A stretch of DNA of 64,000 nt from Deltaproteobacteria bacterium (GCA_024102635.1 JAGFJO010000044.1:26453-90452), one strand, 5' to 3'. Shown: positions 9,933 to 20,600, counted from the first letter of the stretch. Numbers and translations: made by a program. Notes: a model not told the origin generated them from the letters alone.

Positions 9933-10845
9933 CTCCGGCCTCCCTCAATCCGGGATAGGACAGGTGACCGGTGCGACTAGGCGCTTTGTTCAGCTAAGGC
10001 TCCCAAGTGGAACCACGTTTTCGGCCAAAAGTTCAACTAAAGCTCTTGATGCAACAGTAGGTGATTTCGCGGAGTATTCACTTAAGGGGCAGGAATATTT
10101 CATAGAACGGCTCCATGCACGTTTCAACTCCCTGAAGCGCACATATTTTGGCCAGCAGAAAGTTTTGGCCGCAAATGCTGACTTGCTTCTTGCGGTGACT
10201 GCAGTCGGTCTATTGAACACAGCCTTCTTGGATCGAATACTGGTTGCCGCCGCGGTCGAGCATATTCCAGCTTGTATCGTTCTAAATAAGATCGACCAGG
10301 ATACCGGCGGCACCGCTATCCAAATGCTGGCTGCATACTCCAAGCCAGACATCCGCATTTTGCCTATAAGCGCTCTCACCGCAGAGGGAATCGAAACGAT
10401 TCATGAACTTTTAAAAACTCCGAAGTACTCTACGATTGTGCTGGCTGGACTCTCAGGAGTTGGTAAGAGCACTCTGCTTAATCGGCTGATTCCCGGGTCA
10501 GATGCAAAAACAGGAGACCTCAGCATAAAAAGCCGGCAGGGACGTCAAACGACTACCCATGCAAGCGCTTATAACTACGCGCGGCAGCCTGAACCGCCCG
10601 CTTTGGTGATTGATCTACCGGGCCTCAGTAATTTTGGATTGAGTCATCTCACAGCGCAGCAAGTACGCGATGCATTCCCCGAGTTTTTGCTTTACCAAGT
10701 TCAGTGCCAGTTTTCCAACTGCTTTCATCTTAATGAGCCGGAGTGTGCAGTTAAGAGATCGGTTCAGGAAGGCCGCATTGCCCCGTCCCGCTATGCGTCA
10801 TATACCGAAATTATTGAAGAAATTAACGCAGCAAAGCCGTATTAA
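9910..10845 (+). CDS. rsgA: Ribosome small subunit-dependent GTPase A
   Basis: GLSGVGKSTLLNRL P-loop and C-terminal zinc motif CQFSNCFHLNEPECAV. Confidence 0.85.
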   Translation: MQPSHNPNSGLPQSGIGQVTGATRRFVQLRLPSGTTFSAKSSTKALDATVGDFAEYSLKGQEYFIERLHARFNSLKRTYFGQQKVLAANADLLLAVTAVGLLNTAFLDRILVAAAVEHIPACIVLNKIDQDTGGTAIQMLAAYSKPDIRILPISALTAEGIETIHELLKTPKYSTIVLAGLSGVGKSTLLNRLIPGSDAKTGDLSIKSRQGRQTTTHASAYNYARQPEPPALVIDLPGLSNFGLSHLTAQQVRDAFPEFLLYQVQCQFSNCFHLNEPECAVKRSVQEGRIAPSRYASYTEIIEEINAAKPY

Positions 10846-10917
10846 GGCCAGGCCAAAGGAGCAGGTTCGCAGCGAAAACTACTTACTTTTTGTCTACCGA
10901 TGGCCGATATAGAAACC

Positions 10918-11094
10918 ATGTCAGATATAAGTGCTGCAAGCAGTTCAACCATTAGTTATGCGAGTGCCCAAGCAAGTGTTCAAACCGGCGCCAGTCAGCA
11001 GCTTGAAGCCGTAATGGCGGTGCTGCTAGAAGGGCTTGAGTACGCAGCCTCCTCGTCAGGAACTTCAGGGGGAACATTGCTGGCTGTAGCATAG
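10918..11094 (+). CDS. Small Ser/Ala-rich helical protein (possible YjfB-like), may be spurious
   Basis: MSDISAASSSTISYASAQASVQTGASQQLEAVMAVLLEGLEYAASS in the rsgA-ung intergenic region. Confidence 0.2.
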   Translation: MSDISAASSSTISYASAQASVQTGASQQLEAVMAVLLEGLEYAASSSGTSGGTLLAVA

Positions 11095-11196
11095 CAGAAC
11101 GCTCAATTCCGACGTAGATTTCCGCTCTAAAATCCGGCTCGCTTTCTGGGCTCTAATTCGATATTTTTAGAAGGCCTTGGTCTGTAGACCCTTTTA

Positions 11197-11904
11197 TTGA
11201 CACCAATGGACAACAGCCAACTAGATTTTTTTCGGGCTCCGAAGCAAGAGCTGAGCTGGCGCCAGGTTCTTGAAGGAGAGAAGGAGTCGGCCTACTTCAA
11301 GGAGCTGCTGTTATTCCTAGAAGGCGAGCGCCGGAAGGGCAAAAAGATTTATCCTCCGGCGCCGGACATCTTCAATGCGCTGAGCCTTACGCCTTTTAAT
11401 CAGGTGAAGGCGGTGATAGTCGGACAAGATCCATACCACGGACCCGGCCAGGCTCATGGGCTTTGCTTCTCCGTTAAACCTGGTGTTGCGATTCCGCCTT
11501 CTCTAGATAACATCTTTAAAGAGCTGCAAAGTGATCTTGGGATGCCACGCCCCGCTCACGGATCTCTCGAAAAGTGGGCCCGCGAAGGAGTTCTCCTTTT
11601 GAACGCTGTGCTTACGGTAGAATCGGGGAAACCTCAATCACATGCGGGAAAGGGATGGGAGAGGTTTACCGATCGCGTTATCCGAGAGTTGAATATAAGA
11701 AGACAAGGTTTAGTGTTCCTGCTTTGGGGCTCGCATGCACAGAAAAAGTGTGAAGGGATCGATCAGCATAAGCACCTTGTCTTGAGAGCGCCTCACCCAT
11801 CGCCTCTCTCCGCTCACCGCGGCTTTTTGGGATGCCGCCATTTTTCAAAAACTAACGAATATCTGATTAGGTCCGGCCAAGCGCCTATTAACTGGAGTTT
11901 ATGA
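11197..11904 (+). CDS. ung: Uracil-DNA glycosylase, family 1
   Basis: [18 protein letters not shown] and HPSPLSA motifs. Confidence 0.9.
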   Translation: MTPMDNSQLDFFRAPKQELSWRQVLEGEKESAYFKELLLFLEGERRKGKKIYPPAPDIFNALSLTPFNQVKAVIVGQDPYHGPGQAHGLCFSVKPGVAIPPSLDNIFKELQSDLGMPRPAHGSLEKWAREGVLLLNAVLTVESGKPQSHAGKGWERFTDRVIRELNIRRQGLVFLLWGSHAQKKCEGIDQHKHLVLRAPHPSPLSAHRGFLGCRHFSKTNEYLIRSGQAPINWSL

Positions 11905-13829
11905 GCAGCACATTCGAGTTACGTAAGTTGGTAAAGATGTATTACCAGCTTGTTTTAGTCCTCTGCCTTTCATTTGTGATTATAGGCTACCCGAAGGCAG
12001 CCGCCCAGCATGAAGCGATACAGCTTCCGCCGAGCGGCTCTCAAACAGACGTCAGCGCGAATAGGGAAAGCCGCCTTACATACTTTATCCTAGATGCCTC
12101 TCGTTCAATGTGGGGCCGGATTGAAGAGAAGCCAAAGATTGAGATTGCTAAGCAGGTGATAACCGATCTGTTGTCGGCCCTCGGCAGCCAGCATAAAAGC
12201 GGAGTAACCGTCTTTGGACATCGGCGGGCGGACGACTGCAGTGATATCGAAGAGATAGTACCTATCGGAGCAGGCCCCCGCGTCGATCAAACCTCTAAAA
12301 TCGCAACCTTGAACCCGGTGGGAAAGAGCCCGATCGCTGACTCCATCTTGCAGGTGGTTGAGCGCATCAAGAACCATCCCGGCAATCGGCGGATAATCTT
12401 GATAAGCGATGGAGTAGAGGCTTGTGATAAAGATCCGTGTGTTACAGTCCGCAGTCTAAAGGGACAAAACATTGAGTTCACGCTTGATGTGGTTGGCATG
12501 GCGGTATCTGCCGAGGAGGCCAAGCTCCTACAGTGCATCGCCGAGGCAGGCGGTGGAAAATTCACGGCCGCTAATCATTCCGGTGAGCTGCTGGCTTCCC
12601 TCACTGCCATTACTGTTCCTGAGGCACTGCCATCTGCTACCCCGCTACCCGTTGCGACTCTCTCTCTGAATTCCGCCCCGACGATAAGCCTTCCAACACC
12701 TATATCCGGGACAATAAGAAAGGCGGTCCCATCACCGGCCTTCAATGCAGTTTCTTTAACGGCAAAGCGGGGTCAAGGAAAGCTCGTTTTGAAACGTGAT
12801 GTATGGCTGCTTAAGCCCTTCTATTGGAAGCTCATAGATGTGGAGAGTGGAGCCGAGGTGGCAAAAAAATCAAGCTTTGAAGAGCAAGTTCCTGAGGGCA
12901 ACTATCTTCTTGCATGGAGGCAATATGAGCACGGCAGTACTGAGGTGATTGTGGATAGCGACGTTTCTATCACCAAAGATGAAACCACCACCGTGAATCT
13001 CAGTACCGCAATCCGCCTAAACGTACCCTCCTTCGTAAGACAGCCCAACTATTGGGGCCTGCGCGATCCTGAGAGCAAGGAGGAGTTGGCCATCTTCCGC
13101 ACTTTTGAGCCGTTCTTAGTTCCTCCGGGCGAATACGAGCTTATTTGGAGGCAGTATGACGATAGGGCCGAAACGCTATCTTTCGGCACCATAATTGTTG
13201 AAGAGGGAAAAACCAATTACTTCACTCTTAACTCTTCATTGCGCATCAAGCCTGCGGACTGGATGCCGGATGAGGTGCACTATTGGGGTCTCAAAGCAAA
13301 AGGCACCGATGAATTTGCCGCTCGCTACTATGATTCTTTCGATTCGCAGCTTGTTCCGCCCGGAAGCTATACTGTCATTTACCGTCAAAGCGAAGCAGAC
13401 AGCAGTGATTCTCTATTGGGAGAAGTCGAAGTTACCATGGGCGGTGAAAGCGAGTTCGCTATAGAAACCGGTGTTAGGGTGGTTAACCCAAGCGCTCAAC
13501 TTCAGGCGCGATCGGTGGAGTTCGCAAAGCTGGACTCTGAAGGGAAAATTGTGCGCGTTGTGCGGCAATCTAATCTCAGCCTTCCCATGCCTTTAGAGCC
13601 CGGTGTTTACAGAATATCCTACAATAGCTTCGACAGCTCGCTACAGCATTCTATCACGGTAGCAGAGAGTTTCGAGATACCGCCGGGGGTGCTTACCGAG
13701 CTCAATCTGGAAGAGCTTCTTAATCCTGAGCCGGAGCCAGAAGAAGATCTGCTGGCCCCGCTTCTTGAACTGGAACCGGAGGAGACTCCCCAAAGACCGG
13801 CTTTTGACTCCCGTGACCTGCTGGAATAA
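11901..13829 (+). CDS. Secreted vWA-domain protein with four ~45-aa internal repeats
   Basis: Signal peptide; vWA core [12 protein letters not shown]...ILISDG; repeats of type NYWGL(R/K)...LVPPG(E/S)Y(E/T)(L/V)I(W/Y)RQ; start overlaps the ung stop (ATGA). Confidence 0.7.
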   Translation: MSSTFELRKLVKMYYQLVLVLCLSFVIIGYPKAAAQHEAIQLPPSGSQTDVSANRESRLTYFILDASRSMWGRIEEKPKIEIAKQVITDLLSALGSQHKSGVTVFGHRRADDCSDIEEIVPIGAGPRVDQTSKIATLNPVGKSPIADSILQVVERIKNHPGNRRIILISDGVEACDKDPCVTVRSLKGQNIEFTLDVVGMAVSAEEAKLLQCIAEAGGGKFTAANHSGELLASLTAITVPEALPSATPLPVATLSLNSAPTISLPTPISGTIRKAVPSPAFNAVSLTAKRGQGKLVLKRDVWLLKPFYWKLIDVESGAEVAKKSSFEEQVPEGNYLLAWRQYEHGSTEVIVDSDVSITKDETTTVNLSTAIRLNVPSFVRQPNYWGLRDPESKEELAIFRTFEPFLVPPGEYELIWRQYDDRAETLSFGTIIVEEGKTNYFTLNSSLRIKPADWMPDEVHYWGLKAKGTDEFAARYYDSFDSQLVPPGSYTVIYRQSEADSSDSLLGEVEVTMGGESEFAIETGVRVVNPSAQLQARSVEFAKLDSEGKIVRVVRQSNLSLPMPLEPGVYRISYNSFDSSLQHSITVAESFEIPPGVLTELNLEELLNPEPEPEEDLLAPLLELEPEETPQRPAFDSRDLLE

Positions 13830-13831
13830 CT

Positions 13832-14251
13832 TCAGGCGTTCTGTCCGATTGCTTTAAGCCACTTATCCGTGGGAGCCACCAGCTTTCTGGCTTTGGTATC
13901 GAAGAGTCCGAAGAGAAACTCCGCGTCGCAATAAATTACTCCATCGCTTCCCTGCATCTCCTGCCGCACACGGCAAAGTTTGCTCCTAGCCTCGGTAACA
14001 AAAGTGTTTATTGTGATTCGAGATCGAAGTGTAAGCTCCTTTCGGAAGATGGCCTTAAGTTCGAGTATCACCGGTCCTAGCCCCGTGGATTTTACGACAT
14101 CAAGTCCGTAACCGTTGCCGGTGATCCATTCCCATCGAGCTTCCTCAAAGATCTGAAGGTAAGTAGCATTGTTAACGTGTCCAAAAGTGTCTAGGTGATG
14201 CTCTTTGATAACGATGCTATAGACATGATTAGGTGATTGTGAGCTGCTCAT
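13832..14251 (-). CDS. Acyl-CoA thioesterase, hot-dog fold (YbgC/FadM-like)
   Basis: YSIVIKEHHLDTFGHVNNATYLQIFEEARWEW; start moved to the ATG at 14251 with a GGAGAG RBS. Confidence 0.8.
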   Translation of the reverse strand: MSSSQSPNHVYSIVIKEHHLDTFGHVNNATYLQIFEEARWEWITGNGYGLDVVKSTGLGPVILELKAIFRKELTLRSRITINTFVTEARSKLCRVRQEMQGSDGVIYCDAEFLFGLFDTKARKLVAPTDKWLKAIGQNA

Positions 14252-14369
14252 AACTCTCCGCGTTAAGGCCTGCAGAATATAGCACCTTACCACGCATAAG
14301 TTAAGTGGCGGATCTCCGCGGAATGGTCCAATAAATGAAATTGTGATACCAGAGGAAAAGAGAAGATCA

Positions 14370-16466
14370 ATGAATCACCACACATTCAACGCTCCCCGGC
14401 TTGCACTTACAAAGCTAATCGCGGAGGCGACAATTACCTCTTTTTTAGCACTGTGGTGTTGCATTACCCCTGCTTTAGCGCAGCGCGTCGACGCACGGAT
14501 TATCACGGACTACGCTTCTGTTAGCGGAAACCAGAGAACACGTATCGGGGTGCATTTTAAGATTGAGCCGGGCTGGCACCTTTACTGGAAGAATCCCGGC
14601 GACTCGGGCATGGCCCCAAAAATTAAATGGACCGTGCCTGAGGCAGTCAAATTGTCTCCCCTCCCCTGGCCCGCTCCGAAGAGGCTTCCTGTCGGTCATC
14701 TGATGAACTTTGGATACGAGAACGAACTTCTACTCGGGGAGGAAGTTACTTTACGACCCGGCTTTGGCGGCGACAGGGCCACGATATCGGCAGAGATTGA
14801 ATGGTTGGTTTGCAAAGAGGATTGTTTGCCGGGTGAAGCAAAGCTTAGCGCCGATCTGGAAGTCACCAGAAACCGCGAAGAGAGCGCAGACAGTGCCATT
14901 TTTGAACGCTTTGAGAAGCTTTATCCTGTAAAGGGGGCAATTGAGTCCGCAACGTTCACGGAAAACTCTTCGTTCTTAGAGCTCTCGTTTAAGACTACGG
15001 ATAATATAAAGGTTGCTAAAGATCTCTTTTTTTTCCCCGAGGTTCCCGGCATTGTAAGAAATGCAGCCCCTCAGCGCTTTACGGCTGGCAAGGATCGCTC
15101 CACTCTGCGAATCGAAAAAGACACCAATGCGCACAGCATTCCCCGGACTTTTAAAGGGGTCCTCACATTTGATGGTTCGGGGGGACCAGAAGCTGTAACT
15201 ATAGATGCGCACGCCGCCCGCTCAGCCTCCGCTGCAGCTTCACTGCAAACAGTATTCTTTGCTCAGATCGCTCTCGCGTTTATCGCCGGAATAATTCTGA
15301 ATGTAATGCCGTGTGTCTTCCCGGTGCTTTCGATAAAGGTACTGCGGCTTATAGAGATCTCGGGTAAGGACACACAATTGATCCGGCATCACGGAATCAT
15401 GTTTTCGGCCGGTGTAGTTGTCTCCTTTCTAGTTCTCGCTCTCATTTTAATAGGGCTGCGCGGCCTGGGTGAGGGACTGGGTTGGGGCTTCCAGCTTCAG
15501 TCCCCTCTATTTGTGATGAGCATGGCGATGTTCATTACGGCGCTGGCACTTAATCTCTTGGGGGTCTTCGAGGTCGGAGCCTCTGTTCAGCGCGCAGCGG
15601 GAAAGATTGAGACAGGAAGCTCATCCGCCGGGTCTTTTGTAGACGGGGTGCTTGCGACTCTTCTTGCCTCACCGTGCAGCGCACCCTTCATGGGCGGCGC
15701 GGTAGCCTATGCCCTTAACGCCTCTTCCGCTGAAGGGCTTGCCCTATTTGCCGTACTGGGATTCGGAATGGCGTTCCCGTTTTTGCTGCTAAGTTTCTTT
15801 CCGGCGGCACTGCGCCTGCTGCCGCGGCCTGGCGAGTGGATGGAGCTATTTAAGAAGTTTATGGCCTTCCCACTTTTTGCCACTATAGCCTGGCTTGTCT
15901 GGGTATTTGGAAAGCTAAGCGGAGACAATTCAGCATTTGTGCTGCTGCTATCGTTAATAACGCTGTCTGTGGGCTTTTTTATTCTCGGCACCATCGGCCC
16001 GAAGCAGCGAAGCGCCAAATCGCGGCGCGTCTGCGGCGTGATCGGTTTGGGCATCGTATTGCTTTCAATTGGAGCGGCAGCGAGCTACTCCGTTGAGGCC
16101 AACGAACCGGCTAATCAGGATTCACTATGGCGTGAGTATGACGAGCACTTGGTGAATGCTGCCATTGCCGAGGAGCGCCCTGTCTTCATAGATTTTACCG
16201 CAGCTTGGTGCATCACCTGCCAAGTTAACAAAGCGCTGGTGCTAAGCGATGCGGCTGTTATAGAGGCATTTAAAAGGAGAGATGTGCTCTTACTGCGTGG
16301 TGATTGGACGCGTAGAAGCGAGAAGATTACAGCCGCTCTTTTAAGCTATGGATATAAGAGCGTTCCCCTGTATGTGCTGCATAACCCTGCGAAGAGAGTG
16401 CCCGTGATCTTTCCCTCTGTTCTCTCCATAAGTATGATAAATGACGCACTGGGCGAGTTGCCGTAA
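14370..16466 (+). CDS. dsbD: Thiol:disulfide interchange protein DsbD (protein-disulfide reductase)
   Basis: N-terminal DsbD-alpha-like domain, central polytopic domain and C-terminal thioredoxin with WCITCQ; start at the ATG at 14370 (the track uses the GTG at 14343). Confidence 0.85.
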   Translation: MNHHTFNAPRLALTKLIAEATITSFLALWCCITPALAQRVDARIITDYASVSGNQRTRIGVHFKIEPGWHLYWKNPGDSGMAPKIKWTVPEAVKLSPLPWPAPKRLPVGHLMNFGYENELLLGEEVTLRPGFGGDRATISAEIEWLVCKEDCLPGEAKLSADLEVTRNREESADSAIFERFEKLYPVKGAIESATFTENSSFLELSFKTTDNIKVAKDLFFFPEVPGIVRNAAPQRFTAGKDRSTLRIEKDTNAHSIPRTFKGVLTFDGSGGPEAVTIDAHAARSASAAASLQTVFFAQIALAFIAGIILNVMPCVFPVLSIKVLRLIEISGKDTQLIRHHGIMFSAGVVVSFLVLALILIGLRGLGEGLGWGFQLQSPLFVMSMAMFITALALNLLGVFEVGASVQRAAGKIETGSSSAGSFVDGVLATLLASPCSAPFMGGAVAYALNASSAEGLALFAVLGFGMAFPFLLLSFFPAALRLLPRPGEWMELFKKFMAFPLFATIAWLVWVFGKLSGDNSAFVLLLSLITLSVGFFILGTIGPKQRSAKSRRVCGVIGLGIVLLSIGAAASYSVEANEPANQDSLWREYDEHLVNAAIAEERPVFIDFTAAWCITCQVNKALVLSDAAVIEAFKRRDVLLLRGDWTRRSEKITAALLSYGYKSVPLYVLHNPAKRVPVIFPSVLSISMINDALGELP

Positions 16467-16508
16467 TAGCGCCTGTTGCATAAAACTCACCTCAATGAAG
16501 GAGATTAT

Positions 16509-17144
16509 ATGCGCTTTTCGAAGCTTTTTACGTCCACCATTTTTACCTTAGCCTTGCTAATTCAACTTAATGCTCCGTCGGCCTTCGCAGCCCCAAAGCA
16601 GGCAAAGATCGGCGAGAGTGCTCCCGAGTTTACACTTACCGATAACAACGGAAAGCAGCACCGCTTAAGCGACTATAAGGGAAAGTATGTGATCTTGGAG
16701 TGGTTCAATAAAGACTGTCCTTTCGTAAAGAAGCACTATGAGAGCGGCAACATGCAGAAACTGCAGAAGGAGGCTGCCGATAAAGGAGCCGTTTGGTTCA
16801 CAATCACATCAAGCGCAGAGGGTAAGCAGGGATACATGACAAATGAGATAGCCACCAAAGTTCTGGCAGATTCCAACGCACAGCCCACAGCTTGGCTGGC
16901 TGATCCGACAGGAGAAGTCGGCAAGGCGTACGACGCGCGTACAACTCCCCATATGTACGTTATCAACCCCGAGGGTAAGCTGGTTTATGCCGGTGCGATT
17001 GATGACAAAGCAACCACCGATGAAGATGACATAGCGGAAGCGACTAACTACGTTTCTTCCGCCCTTAGTGAATCGATGGCCGGACAGGAAGTGTCTACTG
17101 CGTCTACTCAAGCTTACGGCTGCTCGATAAAGTACGCCGGTTAG
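16509..17144 (+). CDS. Secreted thioredoxin-fold redoxin (AhpC/TSA-like)
   Basis: Signal peptide MRFSKLFTSTIFTLALLIQLNAPSAFA; WFNKDCPFVKKHY thioredoxin-fold active-site region; GGAG RBS before the ATG. Confidence 0.6.
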   Translation: MRFSKLFTSTIFTLALLIQLNAPSAFAAPKQAKIGESAPEFTLTDNNGKQHRLSDYKGKYVILEWFNKDCPFVKKHYESGNMQKLQKEAADKGAVWFTITSSAEGKQGYMTNEIATKVLADSNAQPTAWLADPTGEVGKAYDARTTPHMYVINPEGKLVYAGAIDDKATTDEDDIAEATNYVSSALSESMAGQEVSTASTQAYGCSIKYAG

Positions 17145-17159
17145 TTCGATCAAAGTATT

Positions 17160-17193
17160 GGGGATAGGGAGCAAAAGTTTTCTATCCCCCTTT
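17160..17193. terminator. Hairpin between convergent genes (GGGGATA ... TATCCCC, then CTTTGAGTT)
   Basis: 7-bp stem with a 16-nt loop and a weak T tract. Confidence 0.35.
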
Positions 17194-17291
17194 GAGTTCA
17201 AAAGAAAACGGGCACTAGCCCGAATGTTGCGCGAGAGTGCAGTGTTTGATTCAGTAATTGATCTAGTGAGTGTAGGAACTCTTCAGCTTGA

Positions 17292-18488
17292 CTAGCCCCT
17301 ATGCTTTATAGCATCGCTTTGGGAAGTTTGCATCTTCGGCGCATCCTTAAGCAGCAGGTAGTATAGCTGCCCAAGGCCGTACAAATTATTGGCCAGTCTT
17401 TGAGCTTGCGGGCCCGATCCCATATAAAGATCTACTCTTCCTGCGCCCTTGATCGCCGAACCACTGTCATGATCCAGAACGAATCTGAACGACTTTTCAT
17501 GGTGAATCCGTCCACTCGGAGAGAACTCCGGAAGATTGGCTTTTATCAATCCTACTGCTCCCGGCGGAAAGCGCAGCTTGTCTGTAGCGATCGAACGCCC
17601 TGGTGTTACAGGAAGTCCTAAGCTGCTAAGCGGCGTACCATGAGGATTCTCAGTAAAGAAGATGAAGCGGTTATTTCGCGAGATGATCTCATCGAATATC
17701 TCGGGATGACTTCCGAAAAAAACATCTAGCTTATTCCACGGGACGCCGTACTTTTTCAAAATTGAAGCTGAGATCCCTTTGAAAGGATGCTCAGTTCCGG
17801 CGGCGAATCCTATCGCCACGGGCTCCTCACCTTCAAATTCCAGCACAGCGGATCCTTGCAGGTGGATCATAAAGACATCAAATCGATTTTTAAGCCACGC
17901 TAACTCAGAACCGTAGAGAAGAGTCTGTGGACCACCCAAACCTTGCGGCCCCTCGAGTTCAACTCTGGTGGGATGCGGCTTGTTCCACAGAGGAAAGTGA
18001 GGCGGAAGATAATAGATCGGATAGCGATACTCATCAGTGCGAGTTCTCTTGGCTTCATAAGAGGGCTGAAAATATCCGGTGAACCTTACAGTTCCTCGGC
18101 CGTCGAAGCCTTTGGCGCGGAATACGGCAAATTCATTCCGTATGGCCTGGTCAAGGTCATCAGGCGAACTGCTTTCAAGAAGCAGCTCTCGCAGGCGTTC
18201 CAGGCTCTTCTCTACATGTTCAAGAGTAATTTCAGGACTGTTAAAACGCTCATACGATTTTTTTGCACCTTCCGTTCTCAAATATCCAAGACTGGCTTCG
18301 ATCCCTTCAACCAAAGCGGTTTTATCCGCCCATAAAGTTCTATCGAGCAGAACTGTGCGGGGAGGCATTTCATAGCTGACACGCTCTAATCCAAGCAAAG
18401 GAGCTGCTTGTGCCGGCGAACAAGGAAAGCCCCCTGCCACGAGTGCCAGCGCCACAATTAGTGATGTGCGTATTAAAGATTGAAACAT
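17292..18488 (-). CDS. mltA: Membrane-bound lytic murein transglycosylase A
   Basis: MltA/3D-domain motifs DHDSGSAIKGAGRVDLYMGSG; signal peptide MFQSLIRTSLIVALALVAGG from the ATG at 18488 (the track ORF extends spuriously upstream). Confidence 0.8.
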   Translation of the reverse strand: MFQSLIRTSLIVALALVAGGFPCSPAQAAPLLGLERVSYEMPPRTVLLDRTLWADKTALVEGIEASLGYLRTEGAKKSYERFNSPEITLEHVEKSLERLRELLLESSSPDDLDQAIRNEFAVFRAKGFDGRGTVRFTGYFQPSYEAKRTRTDEYRYPIYYLPPHFPLWNKPHPTRVELEGPQGLGGPQTLLYGSELAWLKNRFDVFMIHLQGSAVLEFEGEEPVAIGFAAGTEHPFKGISASILKKYGVPWNKLDVFFGSHPEIFDEIISRNNRFIFFTENPHGTPLSSLGLPVTPGRSIATDKLRFPPGAVGLIKANLPEFSPSGRIHHEKSFRFVLDHDSGSAIKGAGRVDLYMGSGPQAQRLANNLYGLGQLYYLLLKDAPKMQTSQSDAIKHRG

Positions 18489-18706
18489 GCAGCCAGCCAC
18501 CGATTCATCTTTATCACTATAACACCCATTGCCACCGCTACTAAGCCCCCAAGTTCTTCTATGCCTTGAGGAGAAGGGTGACAAGGTAAAAAGCACCAAT
18601 TGGAATATCGGAATACTTCCTATAATGTGATATGCCGAATTTAGGCTCCTCTTTCGCACTTTTGTGCGCGAAAAACACCTTTAATTGCGAAAGCTTAGAG
18701 CGTCCG

Positions 18707-18727
18707 GCAATCTACTATGTAGATTGC
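18707..18727. promoter_or_regulatory. Perfect 9-3-9 palindrome GCAATCTAC-TAT-GTAGATTGC upstream of mltA
   Basis: Read directly; lies between mltA start and the 3' end of the small gene 18805-19098. Confidence 0.35.
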
Positions 18728-18804
18728 AATTTTCCGGCCAGATAATTCTGATGGAGTGAGTGCTAATGGAACTGATGTGCGGGCTTCCCCGACTTGGGCA
18801 GATG

Positions 18805-19098
18805 CTACTCACCTGCTAGAAGTTTGTTCACTAGGTCCTGCCACTCCTCGCTAAGGTTTCCTCTACACTGCGGCACCCCGGCGCGTGAGTACCAGTACCT
18901 AGCATTTCCGAGGTCTCCCTCTTTACGGTGAAGGTAGGCATGCACCAGGGCGCCTTTAGCAGATTCGTCCTCTTGGGCGATTTCATGAGCTCGATTCCAA
19001 TCACCGCGTGCATCAAACCACATCGCCTGGAGAAGTTTGGGAAGGCTCTTATCTAATGCCCCGCTTTCGATTGAATCTATGAATGCTGCCATGTCCAT
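18805..19098 (-). CDS. Hypothetical 97-aa protein
   Basis: ORF with reasonable codon usage; no family recognised. Confidence 0.35.
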   Translation of the reverse strand: MDMAAFIDSIESGALDKSLPKLLQAMWFDARGDWNRAHEIAQEDESAKGALVHAYLHRKEGDLGNARYWYSRAGVPQCRGNLSEEWQDLVNKLLAGE

Positions 19099-19169
19099 CT
19101 AGTGTAATTCTCCCATGCCCCTCTTTCGGCCAGCTTGGAGATCCACTTATTGATTCGGGAATATAGCAT

Positions 19170-20600
19170 TTAACACTGAGAACTACCGATACACCGATTC
19201 GCATTTATCGGGCCGTAGCATTTTCCACCGAAATTCGCGTAAACATTGGGGCTACCGCTGCTGCGCTCTGCGTTACGAGCCACAGTTGCGCCGTTATACG
19301 CGGTACTCGACCCACATCCTATCCCGGCATAGTAGCGTGCTGCCCATCCGTTACCGGTTGCGTAAAGTCCGAGGTAGGCCGCTACTTTTCCGTTACGGTC
19401 AACCATGGAGATACAGTTAGGGAAAGGCCCCCGTGTACCGGGCTTGAGGATTAAACCAATGGTGTTGCGCCGAATATCGGTAAAGTGGTGCGAGCCTATC
19501 GTTTTATAGATATGACTGCTCGGCCATGAAGAGATAGAGTTACAAGAGGCCACATCCGAGGGGCCTCCACCGCCGCCGCTATCATCGTCATCGTCATCAT
19601 CGTCTCCTCCGCCGCTTTCCGATCGTAAGGTGTTTATATTGATGTGATCGGTCGGGATGCCATCGGCGGTAGCAACACTTGACGATTGGCCGTCAAAAGC
19701 GTTGTAGGTCGTGAATCCAGCAGAGGTCTTGATTGCTACCTCCTCTCCGGGACTAGAGGTAAAATTGCCCACTATTACATCTCCTGTACCGGGCAAGGTG
19801 CCGATGGCGATCCGGCTTCCATCAAAGTTATGAAAGTGTACCTCTGTATTGCCTGCCTTTTTCTTTGTAAAGCCAAGCACATCTATTCCACTTGCTTGCC
19901 GGACAGGAAACGGCCTCGGCCTAGCTCCCTTGCTTATAAATCCCGGAAACTTCGATATAGTTCTCGATTCTCCAGTCAGCGGATTTTTCAGTTTGATCTG
20001 CGATCGTCCTTTCTTATTTTTACCTGCAACCCCCAGCCAATCGAACGCGCCATCCGGGCTTGCAAAGAATATCCTATCTCCGGCGACTCCGAATCTCATC
20101 GTTGATGGGTTCTCCTGGCCTACCGCTCTATCAAACATGTCATACGATATGCTCCATTCTACGCGGCCTTTCTTTAATCGAGCCACTGCTGCATCTGCCT
20201 TCCCGTTTCCGTTAAAGTCCGCTCCGGAGATCGCTGTATCGCCATCACTGCCTAGTTCGCGCTCCTCCATGGTGGACTGGTCGTTTATGATCTTCCAAAG
20301 AAGCGCTCCGCTTGTATCATCAAGCGAAACCACTCCGATCTGAGGCGAACTCAGCCCCTTCCAAGGAGCAATGATTAAATGATCTCCCGTGCTCCCAATC
20401 GAGCCCAACGTGCTTGAGATCCCAGTTAGGGCACTTGTATAGCTCCAGTTCAGCGCCTGGTTCTGCTGTATCGAGACGAGCACATATTCGGAAACTCCAT
20501 CGTTATCAAAGTCTGTCTGTGTTGTTTGTGCTTCAACTGTGCGGAGTGCAAGCAGTGCTAGAATGAAGACGAATGAGATTCTCTTGATTAATTTAAGCAT
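19170..20600 (-). CDS. Secreted FG-GAP/VCBS-like repeat protein with poly-Asp/poly-Gly linker and Cys-containing C-terminal domain
   Basis: Signal peptide MLKLIKRISFVFILALLALRTVEAQ; DNDGVSEY and FNGNGKADAAV repeat motifs; GGGDDDDDDDDSGGGGG. Confidence 0.55.
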   Translation of the reverse strand: MLKLIKRISFVFILALLALRTVEAQTTQTDFDNDGVSEYVLVSIQQNQALNWSYTSALTGISSTLGSIGSTGDHLIIAPWKGLSSPQIGVVSLDDTSGALLWKIINDQSTMEERELGSDGDTAISGADFNGNGKADAAVARLKKGRVEWSISYDMFDRAVGQENPSTMRFGVAGDRIFFASPDGAFDWLGVAGKNKKGRSQIKLKNPLTGESRTISKFPGFISKGARPRPFPVRQASGIDVLGFTKKKAGNTEVHFHNFDGSRIAIGTLPGTGDVIVGNFTSSPGEEVAIKTSAGFTTYNAFDGQSSSVATADGIPTDHININTLRSESGGGDDDDDDDDSGGGGGPSDVASCNSISSWPSSHIYKTIGSHHFTDIRRNTIGLILKPGTRGPFPNCISMVDRNGKVAAYLGLYATGNGWAARYYAGIGCGSSTAYNGATVARNAERSSGSPNVYANFGGKCYGPINANRCIGSSQC

